From Stegostoma tigrinum (taxonomy: Eukaryota): a stretch of 64,000 nucleotides of DNA. The DNA lies in assembly GCF_030684315.1 (NCBI RefSeq), contig NC_081372.1, positions 30,705,481 to 30,769,480 on the forward strand, given 5' to 3'. Positions within the stretch are counted from its first letter, which is position 1. Each line of letters opens with the position of its first letter. The notes below the pieces were generated by a model. The model did not search any database. It was not told the DNA's origin and saw only the letters and a program-made list of their open reading frames with translations. Made by a program: the position numbers and the translations under genes. Below are positions 1 to 12,489 of the stretch, piece by piece.

Positions 1-46
1 TCAGACTTAAATAATATTGGGAATTTCTAAATGCATTGTTAATGAA

Positions 47-275
47 ATAAATGCATAGAGGCCAGTACCCTGTCGCAAAGTCACCCTTTAATTACAAGTG
101 GAGAGTCCCTGACACTGATCAGCTCCCTATGAGCCAGCTCTCAGAGCAAACAGGATGTCTGACTCTCCTGTTCTTATCTGTCAGCTAGGGCTCCCTGATT
201 GGTCCAGATTAACAGCCACAGTCAGGGAACTCACCCTCTATGAGGATCACCTGGCTGGCCTCATTATAATCACTA
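47..275 (-). mobile_element. Probable solo LTR remnant (LTR retrotransposon)
   Basis: About 230 bp with higher GC than its flanks; minus strand reads TAGTGATTATAATGAGG...CCAATCAGGG...ATTAAAGGGTGACTTTG...TTTCA (CCAAT, poly(A)-like signal, CA end). Recognised by resemblance only. Confidence 0.35.
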
Positions 276-1249
276 AGGTCAACAATTCCTTAACAATAGA
301 TTCCTGATGTCAGGCTATCTGGCCTTGTCATACTCTGGAACAGCTAGATCTCCTACAATGTTACGGTGCCAATGTTACTCTTTTGGCAGCACATGACACT
401 CACAGTGGACTCTGCAGTTAAGGATCCCAAAATTAATACTATGTCAGAACTTTAATTTTCTCCTGAGTGGAGGATCCCCCAATTCAGCTGAACCTATCTG
501 CAATCCATTGAGAGTGTTAAAGGTAAGTTAAGAATTCCTCAGTGAGTGTCTTTTTCAATCCAAGCCTGTGCTGCCTAAGGCTTCCAAAACAGAATAACCT
601 CACAACAAACCTCTCAAACTCACACTTCGCTTTGTGCAGAAAATCTTGTTTTAATACCAACAGTGGCCTCTGGGCTAATTGGTCTTTGTCCTCTTCCACA
701 AGTGAGTATTTGACTCCTCCAGATTGTCTTGCTTTCTGGAATCGAACATGTACCTCTTAGGGACTGGAACTATCCTTTGGATTTTACCGAAAAGAATCGA
801 TGGTAAGATTTATAGGGAGTGAAATTGGAACGGAAAAATGAAAATGTACCTTGATAAACTCGATTATAATGTGGTTTGGCTTTTGACCCTAGCATGTTCA
901 TGCTGTTTACAACAACTTCTTTAAAGGTTTTGTTCGCTCCAATGGACTCAGCACTGTCACAAGTACTATTCTTTAATGATATATTCTGTAACATGATAAA
1001 ACTGCAAAACAAAGGGGGAGGTTCAATTTAATTGTTTGTTAAAGATGTTTTGATAAATATTCAGAATCAAGTGATATCGCTAGTGCTGTGTTTGGACTTC
1101 CTTTCTGGAACAGAGGTCATGACAATGTAAAGTCAGGCAAAGATAAAAGTGGAAGTTCACTGTATTTAAATAGTCAAACTAAGTTTTACATATCATTTGT
1201 ATTAGTAGAGACATGCACACAATCTACAGCACAGAAACAGACCACAACA

Positions 1250-1695
1250 TGTATGGCAGCATTGTCTTATGATGACAGATTGAGTAGATTGGGCCAGTAC
1301 CAAGTGGAAAAAAGAAGAATGAAATGTGACCTAATTGAAATATACCACAATCTTAGGGGACTTGACAGAGTAGATGCAGAGCAGTTGTTTCCCCTTCTGT
1401 GAGAGTGTAGGACCAGGGGGTATAATCTCAGAATAAGGGGTTTCATATTGAAGACAGAGATGAGGAGGAGGTTCTTCTCTAAGACAGCAGAGAATCTGTG
1501 CAATTCTTTATTACAAAGGGCTGTTGAGGCTCATTAATTACAGTGACAGCTGAGGTAGACAGATTTTTAATCAGTAAAGGAGTCGAGAATTATGGGGAAT
1601 GTGGAGTTGAGGATTAGCAAATCAGACAAGTTCCACTGAATGGTGCAGCAGACTTGATGGGTCAATAGCCCACTTCTGCTCTGCTGTCTTACGGT
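1250..1695 (+). mobile_element. CR1-type LINE 3' fragment (inside duplicon A)
   Basis: Translates as LSYDDRLSRLG..EKRRMKCDLIEIY..LRGLDRVDAEQLFP, the CR1 ORF2 C-terminus, followed by CR1-like 3' UTR. Confidence 0.8.
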
Positions 1696-1801
1696 AACTA
1701 GTCAATGCCACCATTTATGCTCCATATAAGCTTTCTCTTAACTCATCAACACATCTTTCTAGTCTTATCTCCTCATAAATGTACCTATGCTATTCATTTA
1801 A

Positions 1802-2148
1802 ATCATAGAATCCCTACTTTGTGGAAACAAGACATTCAGCCAATTGAGTCCACACTGACCCTCTGAAGACCATCACATCCAGACTAACACCTCCCAACTC
1901 CATTCCTATAAACCTGCATTTCCAATGGCTTTTCCACCTGGCCTACACATGCCTGGACACTTCGGGCAATTTTGCATGGCCAATCCACCCAGCCTGCTCA
2001 TCTTCGGACTGTAGAAGGAAACTGGAGCACACAGAGGGGACCTACGCAGACACGGGGAAAATGTGCAAATTCCACACAGACAGTCGCTCGAGACAAGAAT
2101 CAAACTGGTGCTGTGAGGCAGCAGTGCTAACCACTGAATCACTGTGCC
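1802..2148 (-). mobile_element. tRNA-derived V-SINE (HE1-like)
   Basis: Minus strand GGCACAGTGATTCAGTGGTTAGCACTGCTGCCTCACAGC (A-box head), core TGTGTGGAATTTGCACATTTTCCCCGTGTCTGCG, tail GATTCTATGATT. Absent from the paralogous copy at ~12.2 kb. Confidence 0.85.
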
Positions 2149-2374
2149 AAAATCATAACTTGTGTGGCAACATATTCCACCCCCTATACTATTTCAGCAA
2201 AAAAGCTTCACTTGAAATTCCCATTGTACTTAGAATATTTTGTATTTATGACTGATAATTTTGGACTTCCTGACAGTAGGATACTTTTTTGTTACATCCA
2301 GTCTACTGTAATCCATAATTATCTTAAAGACCTTTACCAGATAACCCCTGAGTAATGTCTTTTCTGCAGAAAGA

Positions 2375-3505
2375 TCCTGTGCCTGTCCAAGGAACACAAT
2401 TTCCTCCACTCAGTGGTCGACAGTGGCATCTCTTGCGTTTCCCACACATCAGCCCTCACACCTCCTCCCTGCAATAAAAGCAAAGACAGAATTCCCCTTG
2501 TCCTCACATATCACCCCATTAACCTCCGGATTCAACTCATCATTCTTTGCCACTTCCGCCACCTGCAATCTGACCCCACTATCAAGGATATATTTCCCTT
2601 CCCACCCTTACCTACCTTCCGGAGCAACCATGCTCTCCGCGACTTCTTCGTCCGCTCCACACTCCCCACGAGCCCCAACAACCCCAGCACCTTTTCCTGC
2701 AACTGCAGGAGGTGCTACACCTGCCCCTACAACTCCCCGTTCACCTCCATCCCAGGCCCCTAAAAGCCCTTCCAGATCAAACAGATATTCACCCACACAT
2801 CCACCAATGTGGCCTATTTATCTGCTGTTCCTGATGTGGCCTTTTCTACATTGGTGAGACCAAGCCAAAGCTCGAAGACCGCTTTGCAGAGCACCTACAC
2901 TCGGTTCACGACAAACAACACCTCCCAGTCGCGAATCACTTCAACTCCCCCTCCCACTCCCTGGACGACATGTCCATCCTGGGCCTCCTCCAGTGTCACA
3001 ATGATGCCGCCTGGAAACTGGAGAAACAGCACCTCATATTCCGCCTTGGAACCCTACAACCCAATGGTCTTGAGGTGGACTTTACTAGCTTCAAAATCTC
3101 CAAACCCACCCCACACCGCCTCATCCCAAGATCAGCTCCCCCCTCATTGACCTGCGTCTTCGCTCCCACCAATCTGCTACTCCCACCTTACTGACCAATC
3201 CACACCACTACCTACCTACAGTCACCTTTACTAGCTTCATCCCTGCCTCCTTGACCTGTCCGTCTTCTCTCCCACCTATCTGCTCCTCCCAACTCACTGA
3301 CCAATCCCCACCACTACCTACCTGCTATCACTGCCCACGCCACCTCTATTTATTTCAGAGCTTCCTTCCCCTCCCCCATTTCTGAAGAAGGCTCCCGACG
3401 GGAAACCTCAGCTTTCCAGCTCCTCTGATGCTGCCTGGCCTGCTCTGTTCTTCCAGCTCCAGACGATGTTATCTCAGACTCAGCATCGGCAGTTCTTACC
3501 ATCTC
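2375..3505 (+). mobile_element. Penelope-like element, 3' part (GIY-YIG endonuclease plus pLTR)
   Basis: DRIPLVLTYHP...CNCRRCYTCPY, YIGETK, ...EKQHLIFRLGTLQPNGLEVDF; C-rich spacer; terminal CTGAAGAAGG...GAAAC and CAGCATCGGCAGTTCTTACCATCTC. Confidence 0.85.
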
Positions 3506-4378
3506 TGCCTGTTCAACCTTTGTTGTTGAAAGTATATCATTTCAGTTTTGCTGGGTGTCATACAAATTTAACACTTCTAACACAAAAGCAAACCAGTGTA
3601 GATGCTGGAAATTTGCGATAAAAGTAGAAAATACTAGAAATTCCCAGCTAATTGCAGAATCTGTCTAACAGTACTGTTAACATTTCAGCTCAATGAAAGG
3701 TCTGTTTTTCTCCACAGATCCTGATTGACCTGCTATTTCAAACCCTTTTTTTGACCATATTAACCCTCCTCGCTAATTTCGTAGATTTACAGATCTACAC
3801 AAACTGATGTATTTGTGACTTCACAGCATTTAGAATCTTAGAGACTGATGTTTAACTCTGTAATATATGGGTTTTGACTGGTTAAAGTCAGGGCCAAGCC
3901 ATGTGCGGCATATCTACACCTTCTGCCAAAATGGAATTTCCATTACCAACACTTACTCTCCAGCTTTACGAGTTTTTGGATTATTGTACCTAATTTAAAT
4001 AACGTATGCAGATAACTTTTTTCTTTACCTTATTTGTGGCAGGTTTCCACATTTGGGAAACGTTTGTTTGATTTCAGTTAGCCTTTATAGATCCCTGCAG
4101 ATTCTCTGAACAGGACATATTTGTCCAGCGCTCACAGCGTCCCTAATACGTTTAGTAACTTGGCTACAGCAGACATTACATCAAATCAGTGTATAATTTC
4201 CTTGGTTGTTTTTCTTGCCCTTTTTGAAACATGGAGTTCTCGGGATTTTTAGTTACCCACCGATCAACAGGACAATCGTGAAGGCGATTGCTATTTTCTC
4301 AAAACTATTCAGGAAAGTGGAATTTCAGTATAGGGCTTTTACTTATGGGAGTCCCTCGGTAATAAGTATTTTACTTAC

Positions 4379-4500
4379 TTGGACCAGAATTTTCCATTGG
4401 GGTTAGTTGTGGCGTTTGCTAACACACGTTGTAATTCGCCCGAATGCTTGAAGCCCGTGGTGTTGTTCTTAAGGCTATCATCGTGTACAGCAAAAGCCAT
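4379..4500 (-). CDS. SLC17A9: Probable first coding exon of SLC17A9 (vesicular nucleotide transporter, VNUT)
   Basis: ATG at 4500, MAFAVHDDSLKNNTTGFKHSGELQRVLANATTNPNGKFWS + AA|GTAAGT (strong donor, phase 2). As I recall, human SLC17A9 exon 1 also ends at ...WS(R), and SLC17A9 lies directly downstream of GID8 on the same strand in human. The N-terminus itself is not recognisably conserved. Confidence 0.65.
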
Positions 4501-5250
4501 CAATTGAACTTTCCGAGCAACAAGAGCATCCGATCCGGGAGGGAAGCTAAGCAACAATCATCCGCCACGGAGGCAATTCTACTTGGAGTAAAACTGAAAT
4601 ACAAATTCAATTCAATTTAAAACATTGCTCCTCCGATCTAAAACTAAACTCGGCTGCCTTCCTTTTCCTCCGATCCGGATCTGCCATAATACGTGTCACA
4701 ACGAAAACCATTTCAGCACTTCCGGGTACATCTAAATAAATTTAGGGACTTCCGCAAAATATGGAAGCAAACGCAGCGAAGAATCACCGCTTCTAGCCAC
4801 AACGACCTTTGGCAGCGCTTTCTGTCAAATACTAACGAGGCCTTGGCACCAGCACAATGTTGTTCTCTCGGACGTTGCCTAATGTTAACTTGTTGTATTA
4901 CAACACTGAACATCTCTTGCTTGATCGTTGCCGACAAGAACCAACGAAGTCTCTTACGGCGGGATTACAAAGGCGCGTGTCACAATGAAACTCGCAGATA
5001 TAGAAACATCCGCTCGGTAACAGTAACATCAACATGTATCACTAGCGCCCGAAGAACTTTTCTCTCACGTGGAACGTTGTTAGGTTTGAATGTCATGTAC
5101 GTTTTTGTCAATTGGTGGTTTCCAAATTTCCTGGCGGGCAAGTGTTATTATTCCCGTACAATAATTGACACTAGAACCCCGTGCAAATACAGTCCAGGGA
5201 GAGATGTCATAACTGTTGCAAGGCTGGGCAATTGTTGAAAGTAGCGTAAC
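4501..5250 (-). promoter_or_regulatory. CpG-enriched promoter/5' UTR region of the putative SLC17A9
   Basis: Local CpG enrichment in CpG-depleted DNA, repeat-free, ETS-type CACTTCCGG at ~4718-4726, directly upstream of the ATG exon. Confidence 0.55.
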
Positions 5251-6849
5251 CTTCCTTGTAGCAATACATTTGTGTACACACTTCTTAGTGCACACAAGCA
5301 ACTGCAGTCACCATGCTGCGCAACGATAATTCCCATCTCCATTTTAAATGGGTACACTTTGCTCTTTTTTTAAAAAAAATCTATTTGATTTAGTTATTTT
5401 AGTTAAATTGAAAAGCAGACTTTGATAAAGATCATGAGTTCGCATACCGTCACCAGGGGCAGTGAGGGGTTACAGTGCGCATCAATAATTTCTATTATAA
5501 ATGCGGAGGGAGTGATTTATTGTTGGAAAAGTTTGAAACAAAACATGACAAGAAACAAAAGCATGAAAAGTAGAATCAAAATACGGTGTTTTGTATTCTA
5601 AATATGTTAACTGAACTAACGATGCTAATGAGTGAAATAGCACAATCTGATGACGTTGCTGATCCATTGGGATCCTTTCTGGAACCCATTAGGACCCAGT
5701 GACTATATTTTGAAAATCCTGACATAAACAGTGTAAATGTAGGCATTTTGGTTTTAAAATTTCGGTGTTTTAGAATGAGTTACTTCGGGCAGATGAATAA
5801 TGTGGAAAAACATTAACTAATATCAGGGCTGTATTCCGGAAAACCAGGTCAGAATAAGGAGGCCAAATCATTTTCCAAAGAAATACAAAGACTATTGTAA
5901 CTTAACGCTCATACACACATGCCAACAAACGCTGTTTAAGCCAATGCATCAATAATTGCTGTATTAATCACTATGAAACATATAACTTGTTTTCTCATTA
6001 ATGAATATAGACCGGTTGTGGAGGAGTCCTGTGTTTTATGTGTATTGCTTGGTGGCGAACTGGAAGAACTGCATTGTGGGATCGAGAACAGGAAGGCAAG
6101 ATAGGCAATTCAGGCAAGACGAAGATTTGCTAAAATCTGTAAGTTGGTTTTTAAACTGTGCTGGAGCTGTGAGAGCAAAGTAATCTTATTGTCCAGCCAT
6201 AAAAATGTTTCCTTGACTCCAGCATTTAAATTTGATAAGGGTGTTAGAGGTAACACTTCAAACAAAGGCCTGTGGTGTCATTAAAAATCAACCAAATGGT
6301 CCAAAAACATGTAATACCTTACATGGCACACAGTCACAGAAAGAAGGAAGTATAAAGAAGGGCTCTGAAAATGACGAGCTGTTTCAGTGGGTGGAGTGGT
6401 TTGGTCAGCCACTCCAAAGACATGTTTGGAGATCTGTCAATGAATGGAACTCCTGAAGCAGACCCTAACTCATAAGACTTCTAAGCAACCAGTCATTGTG
6501 AATATGCGTTATTGTTTGGTGGTTTGAGGTGCAGCGCATTTAGTGGACAAGTATCCAAATTATTTGGGAGAAAAATTACTCTAACAAACCAATGAAACCT
6601 AAGTGTTCTAAACGTAAAATTAAAATACTTTGCTTATTTCAGCTCAAAGTCTCTGTTGGCTGCTTACCTCTTGCTAGATCCTCTATACTGAAGTATTTAT
6701 ATTCTTGGTTACTAAGACCACTCCTCCCTGTTCACATTTTTGCAATTGTAATGTAATAAGAATGCATGCATAACCTGATTAGGGGTTGGTTAGGAAGAAA
6801 GTGCCAGATCTCTTTAAAGAATTTACTTGCAATGTCATGGTTTACTTAT

Positions 6850-9670
6850 ATCCACCAGGAAAAGGTGAATAAAATAACATTTTAAGAGACACAGGAGCAT
6901 GTCAATTTTTGATGGTGAATAGTGAGGAGCTATGTAATTCAGAAGGAGTATTGCCAGAAAAAGGTGTCAATATGTAGAATTCATGGTAAGAAGTGTTCCA
7001 TGATGTAGTGAGGTTGGAGAGTCCAGTGGAATGTGGAGAAGTGGTGGCAGGAGGACTGGAGAAACTCTTGGTTCCGGGAATACAGTTTGTCCTTGGTAAT
7101 GCTACAACTGGATCACAAATGAGAGTGATGCCTACTGTGGTTGAAAAGCCAGCAGAAATTCAGGCAACTGAGGTGTTACATGAAGTGTATCCTGTGATTT
7201 TTTTTCTGACTTTGTGGTACCAAAATTACAAAGCCACATGTTGAAGCAGAAGGATAATTCAAGGAGGAAAGATAAGCAAGTTGAAGTTCAATTATCACAG
7301 ACAATGTTGATCAAATGATTGAGAAAGAAACAAGAACAGGTGGAGGACAAAGTGGATATTTTTAGTTCAGAGAAATTAACTGAATTATAATAGAAACATG
7401 AAAAACTAAAGCAGCTGTATCAAAAGCCTGCACAGAAGAGTCTGAATGTATCACAAAATATTACTGTCTTAAAAATCACATCTTGATGAGGAAATGGAGA
7501 TTGTCATAAATTCAGACAGATGAGAAATGCACAGAAGTTCATCACATTGTATTACCAATGGGTTATTAGAAAGGAGATGTTGTGAGTAGCCCATGAATTA
7601 CCAGTAGTAGGTCATTTCAGAGTAATGAAAACTCAAGCCAAAATACAAAAACATTTTTATTGGTCTGGACTGCAAAATTCAACCACATCCTTTTGCCGGA
7701 CATGTCATACATGTCAGGTAATGGAAAACCTCAGGCAGCAATAAAACCAACACTCTTAACAACCATTCCCACAACTGAGGAACCTTTTAGAAAGGTCTTA
7801 ATTGATTGCACAGGAACGCTACTTAAAATAAAGGAAATCAGTATTTATTGACCATAATGGATGTATCTACTAGATTTCCAGAGGCCATTCCATTATGCAG
7901 TTTTATGGCTAAAAAGATTGTAGTAGAGTTACTCAATTTTTTTTTCACTAGATATAGACTACCCACAGAGATACAATCAGATCAAGGGTCAAATTTTACA
8001 TTAAAATGATTCAAGGAAGTAATGGATAGCCCAGAAATAAAACAACTGAAATCTACAGTGTATCATCCAGAATTGCATGGAGTATTAGAACAGTGACATC
8101 AAACTCTAAAGACCATATTGAAGGCTTATAGCCAATACTATCCAGAGGATTGGGATAAAGGAATTCCATTTGTACATTTTGTAATTAGCAATGCACCAAA
8201 AGGATCTACTAAATTCAGTCATTTGAATTAATTTTTGGGCACAAGGTGAGAAGATCACTGAAAATAATGAAGGAAAGATTGCTGAGTCTGATTTCAGAGA
8301 CCACATATTTGGACTATGTGTTAAATTTCAGGGAAATACTAAATACAGCGGGTGAGTTGGCTAGACAGCATTTTAAAATAACACAGCACATGATGAAACA
8401 GGAAACAGACAAGAACTCAAAAATTCACCAGTTTTTAGTTGAGATGAAGTGTTCGTGTTACTTGCAGTGGTAAGTGAACCTTCAAAAGCAAGGTTTAGTG
8501 GGCCTTATCAAATTGCAAGGAAGTTGATTGAGATTAATTATTTGATAAAAATTCCAGATACAAAGAAAAGCCAAAGGAGAATGTTAATGGTTACAACACA
8601 GAGTGAAGAACCAAGTTCAGATGATTCTGAATTGGATATTTCTCAAGTTAAACTGAACAATGAGAATGTTCTCAAAAATTGGGATAAATTACTATGTTAA
8701 CTTCCAGAGGAAAATCAAAATGACGTGAAAGAGTCATTACAATCACATGGGGAGAAATGTCAGAATATGCTGGGTAGTACTAATCTAATTACGCATGTTG
8801 TAGTGCTAGGGAATACTGTTCCAATTAAGCAACATCCTTATAGACTTAACCCTCTAAAGTTGGCACAGGTTCAAAGGGACTGAACGCATACTCAACAACA
8901 ACATAATCAAAGTGAGTGCAGCAACTGCAGCTCACCCATAGTACTGGTGCCAAAACCAGACGGTACCAACGATTATGAGTGGACTATCGCATGTCAAAAC
9001 AAAGTCTGATTCATATCCTATTCCACATTTGGAAGACTGTATTTCGGAAGGTGGGACAACCAATTTATATTTCTAAGTTGGACTTACTTAGAGGATACTG
9101 GCACGTACCTTTATCCAAAAAGAGTGAAGACAATTTCAGCTTTCGTGACATGAAATGGACTGTACCAATTTAATGAAATGCTATTTGGCATGAAAAATGC
9201 ACTAGCCACATTTCAAAGACTAACCAATAAAGTCATTTTTGGATGACCCAATTGTGTGATGTACATCAATGACCTTGGGATTTTTAGTCACACATAGAAG
9301 TAACATTTTCACCATCAATCGGAATTTTTCACTCAACTTCAGATGGCAGACTTGATGACAAATCTGGCTAAGAGTGAGTTCACAAAAGCCCAACTCACAT
9401 TCTTGGGCCATGTCATTGAACATGGATTGATTGCCCCATGGGATGTGAAAACAAAGGTTAATGGAGAGTTTTTCATACCTTCAACAAAGAGGACAGTCCA
9501 ATAATTTCGGGGAATGAGAGGTTTTTTATCAGAAATTTGTACAAAAGGTTAGCAGTGTAGTTGCCCCACTGCTTATTGAAGTGCAGAAAATTTCAGTGGA
9601 CAGCTGACTGTCGCAAGGCATTTGACAGCCTGAAAACTGTGTTAACTCCTGCCCCAGTGTCAACCAGACC
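6850..9670 (+). mobile_element. Decayed Gmr1-like Ty3/gypsy LTR retrotransposon pol (PR remnant - integrase - RT)
   Basis: Integrase HHCC (VAHELPVVGHFRVMKTQAKIQKHFYWSGL..FCRTCHTCQ, ~7590-7717), core (EEPFRKVLIDC, TRFPEAIPL, IQSDQGSNF, YHPELHG), GPY motif (~8500); then RT (PIKQHPYRLNP, PIVLVPKPDG, KLDLLRGYW, FGMKNALATFQR, YINDL, FLGHVI; ~8820-9420). Many stops and frameshifts. Confidence 0.88.
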
Positions 9671-9677
9671 TATCACA

Positions 9678-9817
9678 AGCTTTCAGAACACTGCTCCTTC
9701 ATCAGGTGAAGTCACTTCAGAAGTGAAGTCACTGCACTGAAGAGCAGTGCTTTGCAAACTGGTGATTTCAAATAAACATGTCGGACTATTATCTGGTGTC
9801 ATGTGACTTCTGACTTT
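9678..9817. repeat. Short Penelope-terminus-derived fold-back repeat inserted in the gypsy element
   Basis: CACTGCTCCTTCATCAGGTG...CACTGAAGAGCAGTG inverted pair followed by AAATAAACATGTCGGACTAT...GGTGTCATGTGACTT; minus strand contains CTGATGAAGGAGCAGTGTTCTGAAAGC (hammerhead-like). Confidence 0.55.
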
Positions 9818-9819
9818 GG

Positions 9820-10299
9820 GATAACAAACAGCTTGTGAGGTCTTGGGCTTTTTTTTAAAGTTAGAACAATAGAAGCAACTGGCTGACAGACCAGGATTTC
9901 TGTTTTTTCTTAAATTATATTAACTTTTATATTCAGCAGAAGCAGAAACTACTCTTTTCCCATTCTCAGTTACAGCTAGAAGCTAGGGTTTATGTTCTTA
10001 ATGTGGGTGTTGCATGCAAGAAAATCTGATTTCTGAATTTGCCTTTATGTTAAGGGGTGTGTTTATTGGATGTTATTATATTGAAAGTTGATTAATAATA
10101 GTTACAGTATCTATTATTGTTGTTTCCCATCAGTTAAGTTACTCCAACTACTCCTTTAATTTGTTGTACTTTGCCTAGTTTGTTTGAATAAATTGTGTTT
10201 TTCTTAACGTCAAATAGTTTGACCAATCAAATTGAATAAAGTTAGAGTCGAGGCTACCTTCTTAATATATTTTGAGGGGGTCTGGTCTGTTCCATAACA
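9820..10299 (+). mobile_element. Probable 3' LTR of the Gmr1-like element
   Basis: Follows pol, contains AATAAA (~10187 and ~10235), ends GGTCTGTTCCATAACA (canonical CA end). Confidence 0.5.
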
Positions 10300-10359
10300 T
10301 CCTGTATCTTTGGTTGAAACACAGCAGTGCAGGACAGGACCGGACCTCACATCCACAAG

Positions 10360-11105
10360 GAAAGAAAAGGTAGATCAAACTACCTGTCTTCTGGGTAATT
10401 TTTACAATTTGATGCATTTATTTCTCAGACCTGAGTTTTGCAGCTACACCATTCTGGCCTGTTTGAGGTTATGCCTGGAGTTTATCTGGATGGTCCTTAT
10501 ACTCCATGCATCTGTATAAAGAACCGTTATTAAGATAACGCACCTACCATGTGGTTGAAAGTTTTACTCACTATTTTTGTCTTTCCCTTTTAACAATACT
10601 ATTCTATTAGTCCGTTTATAAAAAGCCAAACACTACGGTTTATTCAGACAGATAGAAATGAAAAGTAGAAAAGGTAATTTTTTTTAAACAGTAAATTTGT
10701 TAGACCACAAAAAATTAATTTGCATAGTTTTGCACTTCATAAATATAAATAGAGGGGAAGGTTCAATAAATATTCTTGCGAATGATACCACAACGGAGTA
10801 TGTACTTAGCACATAAGGCTAAAGAGACACACTCTTTTTCCTACAATTGCTGGGTTGCCTAATAGTGGGGAAGCTCAGTTTGTACTTGAGGGAGGAAGAA
10901 ATAAGGTATGCTGATGGAGTGAGGGGAGTTAAGATGGGAAGATATTTGCATGAAACATAAACACTGGTATTTTCCACTCAGTCGGATTAATCTTTTTCTG
11001 CCTGTAATTATCCAAACGATCAATATGTCGCAAGAATAGTGCAAATAAAATTACCATTTAGTTTGAAATTGAACAGAAGGCTGGAGTAGATTTGTAGCAA
11101 AGATA
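10360..11105 (+). repeat. Segmental duplicon B, copy 1 (paralog of 12490-13222)
   Basis: Shared colinear blocks: CCTTATACTCCATGCA, AAAGTTTTACTCACTATTTTTGTCTTTCCCTTT, TTTGCATAGTTTTG, GGGAAGCTCAGTTT, GTTTGAAATT...AGTAGATT.GTAGCAAA. Confidence 0.85.
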
Positions 11106-11109
11106 AGTT

Positions 11110-12430
11110 TCTGCCTCCGGACTGGTCTTTGTCTTCAGCCACGAGCAAAAATTTGACCAATCCAGACTGTCCTGCTTTCTTGAATGGAGCACGCACTTCT
11201 TAGGCTTCGGTACTGTTTGGTTTTGAATTTTATTGAAAAATACTTATAGTAAGCTTTATAGAGTAAAATTGGAACAAAAAAAAAATTCAATGAAAATGGG
11301 GCCTGCCAAATCCAGTTATTACGTGGTTCAGCTTATAGCCCTGTCATGTTAGTACTGCTTGTAACAACTTCTATAAAGGTTTATTTTACTCCCCATTGAC
11401 TCCACACTGCCACCAATACTACTCTTAAATGTGCAACCAGAGGGGTAGGTTTCAGTCAATTGTTTGTTGAAGAATTTTTGTTAAATATTCACAATTAAGT
11501 GACGTGACTGGTGCTGTGCTTGGATTTCCTTTCTGGAACACAGGCAGTGTAATGTAAAGTCAGGTAAAGGTAAAAGTGAAAGTTCACTATATTTAAACAG
11601 TCAAATTATGCTTTACATTTGTGTTCATAGAGACACAGTCTACAGCACAGAAACAGACCATAACAAGTATGGAGGGATTATCTTAGGAGGACAGATTGAA
11701 TAGATTGGGCCATAATCATTGGAATATAGAATGAAACACAACCTTATTGGAACAGCCAATAATCTTAGTGGACTTGACAGAGTAGATGCAGAGTGGCTGT
11801 TTCCCCTTGAGTGTGTGTCTTGGACCGGGGACGTAATCTCAGATGAAGGGATTTCACATTTAAAACAGAATCAAGGAGGGAGTTCTTCTCTCAGAGAGCA
11901 GAGAATCTGTGTAATCCTTTATTATAAAGGGCTGCTGAGGCTCAGTCATTACATAAATTTATGGTTGAGACAGACAAATTTTTAGTCAGTTAAGGAAACA
12001 AAAAATATGAAAAACAGCAGGAAAGTAGATCTGAGGATCAGGAAATCAGCCATGTTTTCACTGAATGGTAGAGCAGACTTGATGAGCCAAATAGCCCACT
12101 TCTGCTCCACTGACTTATGCTAGCTGGTCAATGCCACCATTTATGCTCCATCTGAGCTTCCTTTTACCCTATTAATATTCCTTTCTGGCTTATCTCCTTG
12201 TAAATATATCTATGCTATACATCATAAATATTATGTGGCAACATAAATCACATTCTTACACTATTTGTTTAAAATAGCTTCTCAAAATCCCCTGTGTACT
12301 TATGATTATTTTGTATTTATTACTGAGTTTTGTACTTCCTGACAGTAGGAAAATTTCTTATATATTTACTCTACTTCAATCCTTAATCATCTTAAAGACC
12401 TTTATCAAGTCATCCCTCAGCCATCTTCTT
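11110..12430 (+). repeat. Segmental duplicon A, copy 2 (includes CR1 3' fragment ~11670-12120)
   Basis: Colinear with 665-2370 but lacks the V-SINE; shares the same CR1 fragment at the same position. Confidence 0.85.
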
Positions 12431-12489
12431 TGTTCTTGAAAATGTATGCTTTCGGTTCTGCTGGGCTCCTTACAAGTTTACTTGGTTTA

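Larger units (their letters stand above)
665..2370 (+). repeat. Segmental duplicon A, copy 1 (paralog of 11110-12430)
   Basis: Colinear similarity by eye, e.g. TGGTCTTTGTC, ACAACTTCT.TAAAGGTTT, TTCCTTTCTGGAACA, TCTACAGCACAGAAACAGACCA, ACTTCCTGACAGTAGGA, ATCTTAAAGACCTTTA occur in both copies in the same order. Confidence 0.85.

Noticed and set aside
4693-5238. 181-aa plus-strand ORF
   Set aside because: Non-ATG start, no recognisable domain, lies in CpG-rich promoter DNA where stops are rarer; likely a chance ORF.
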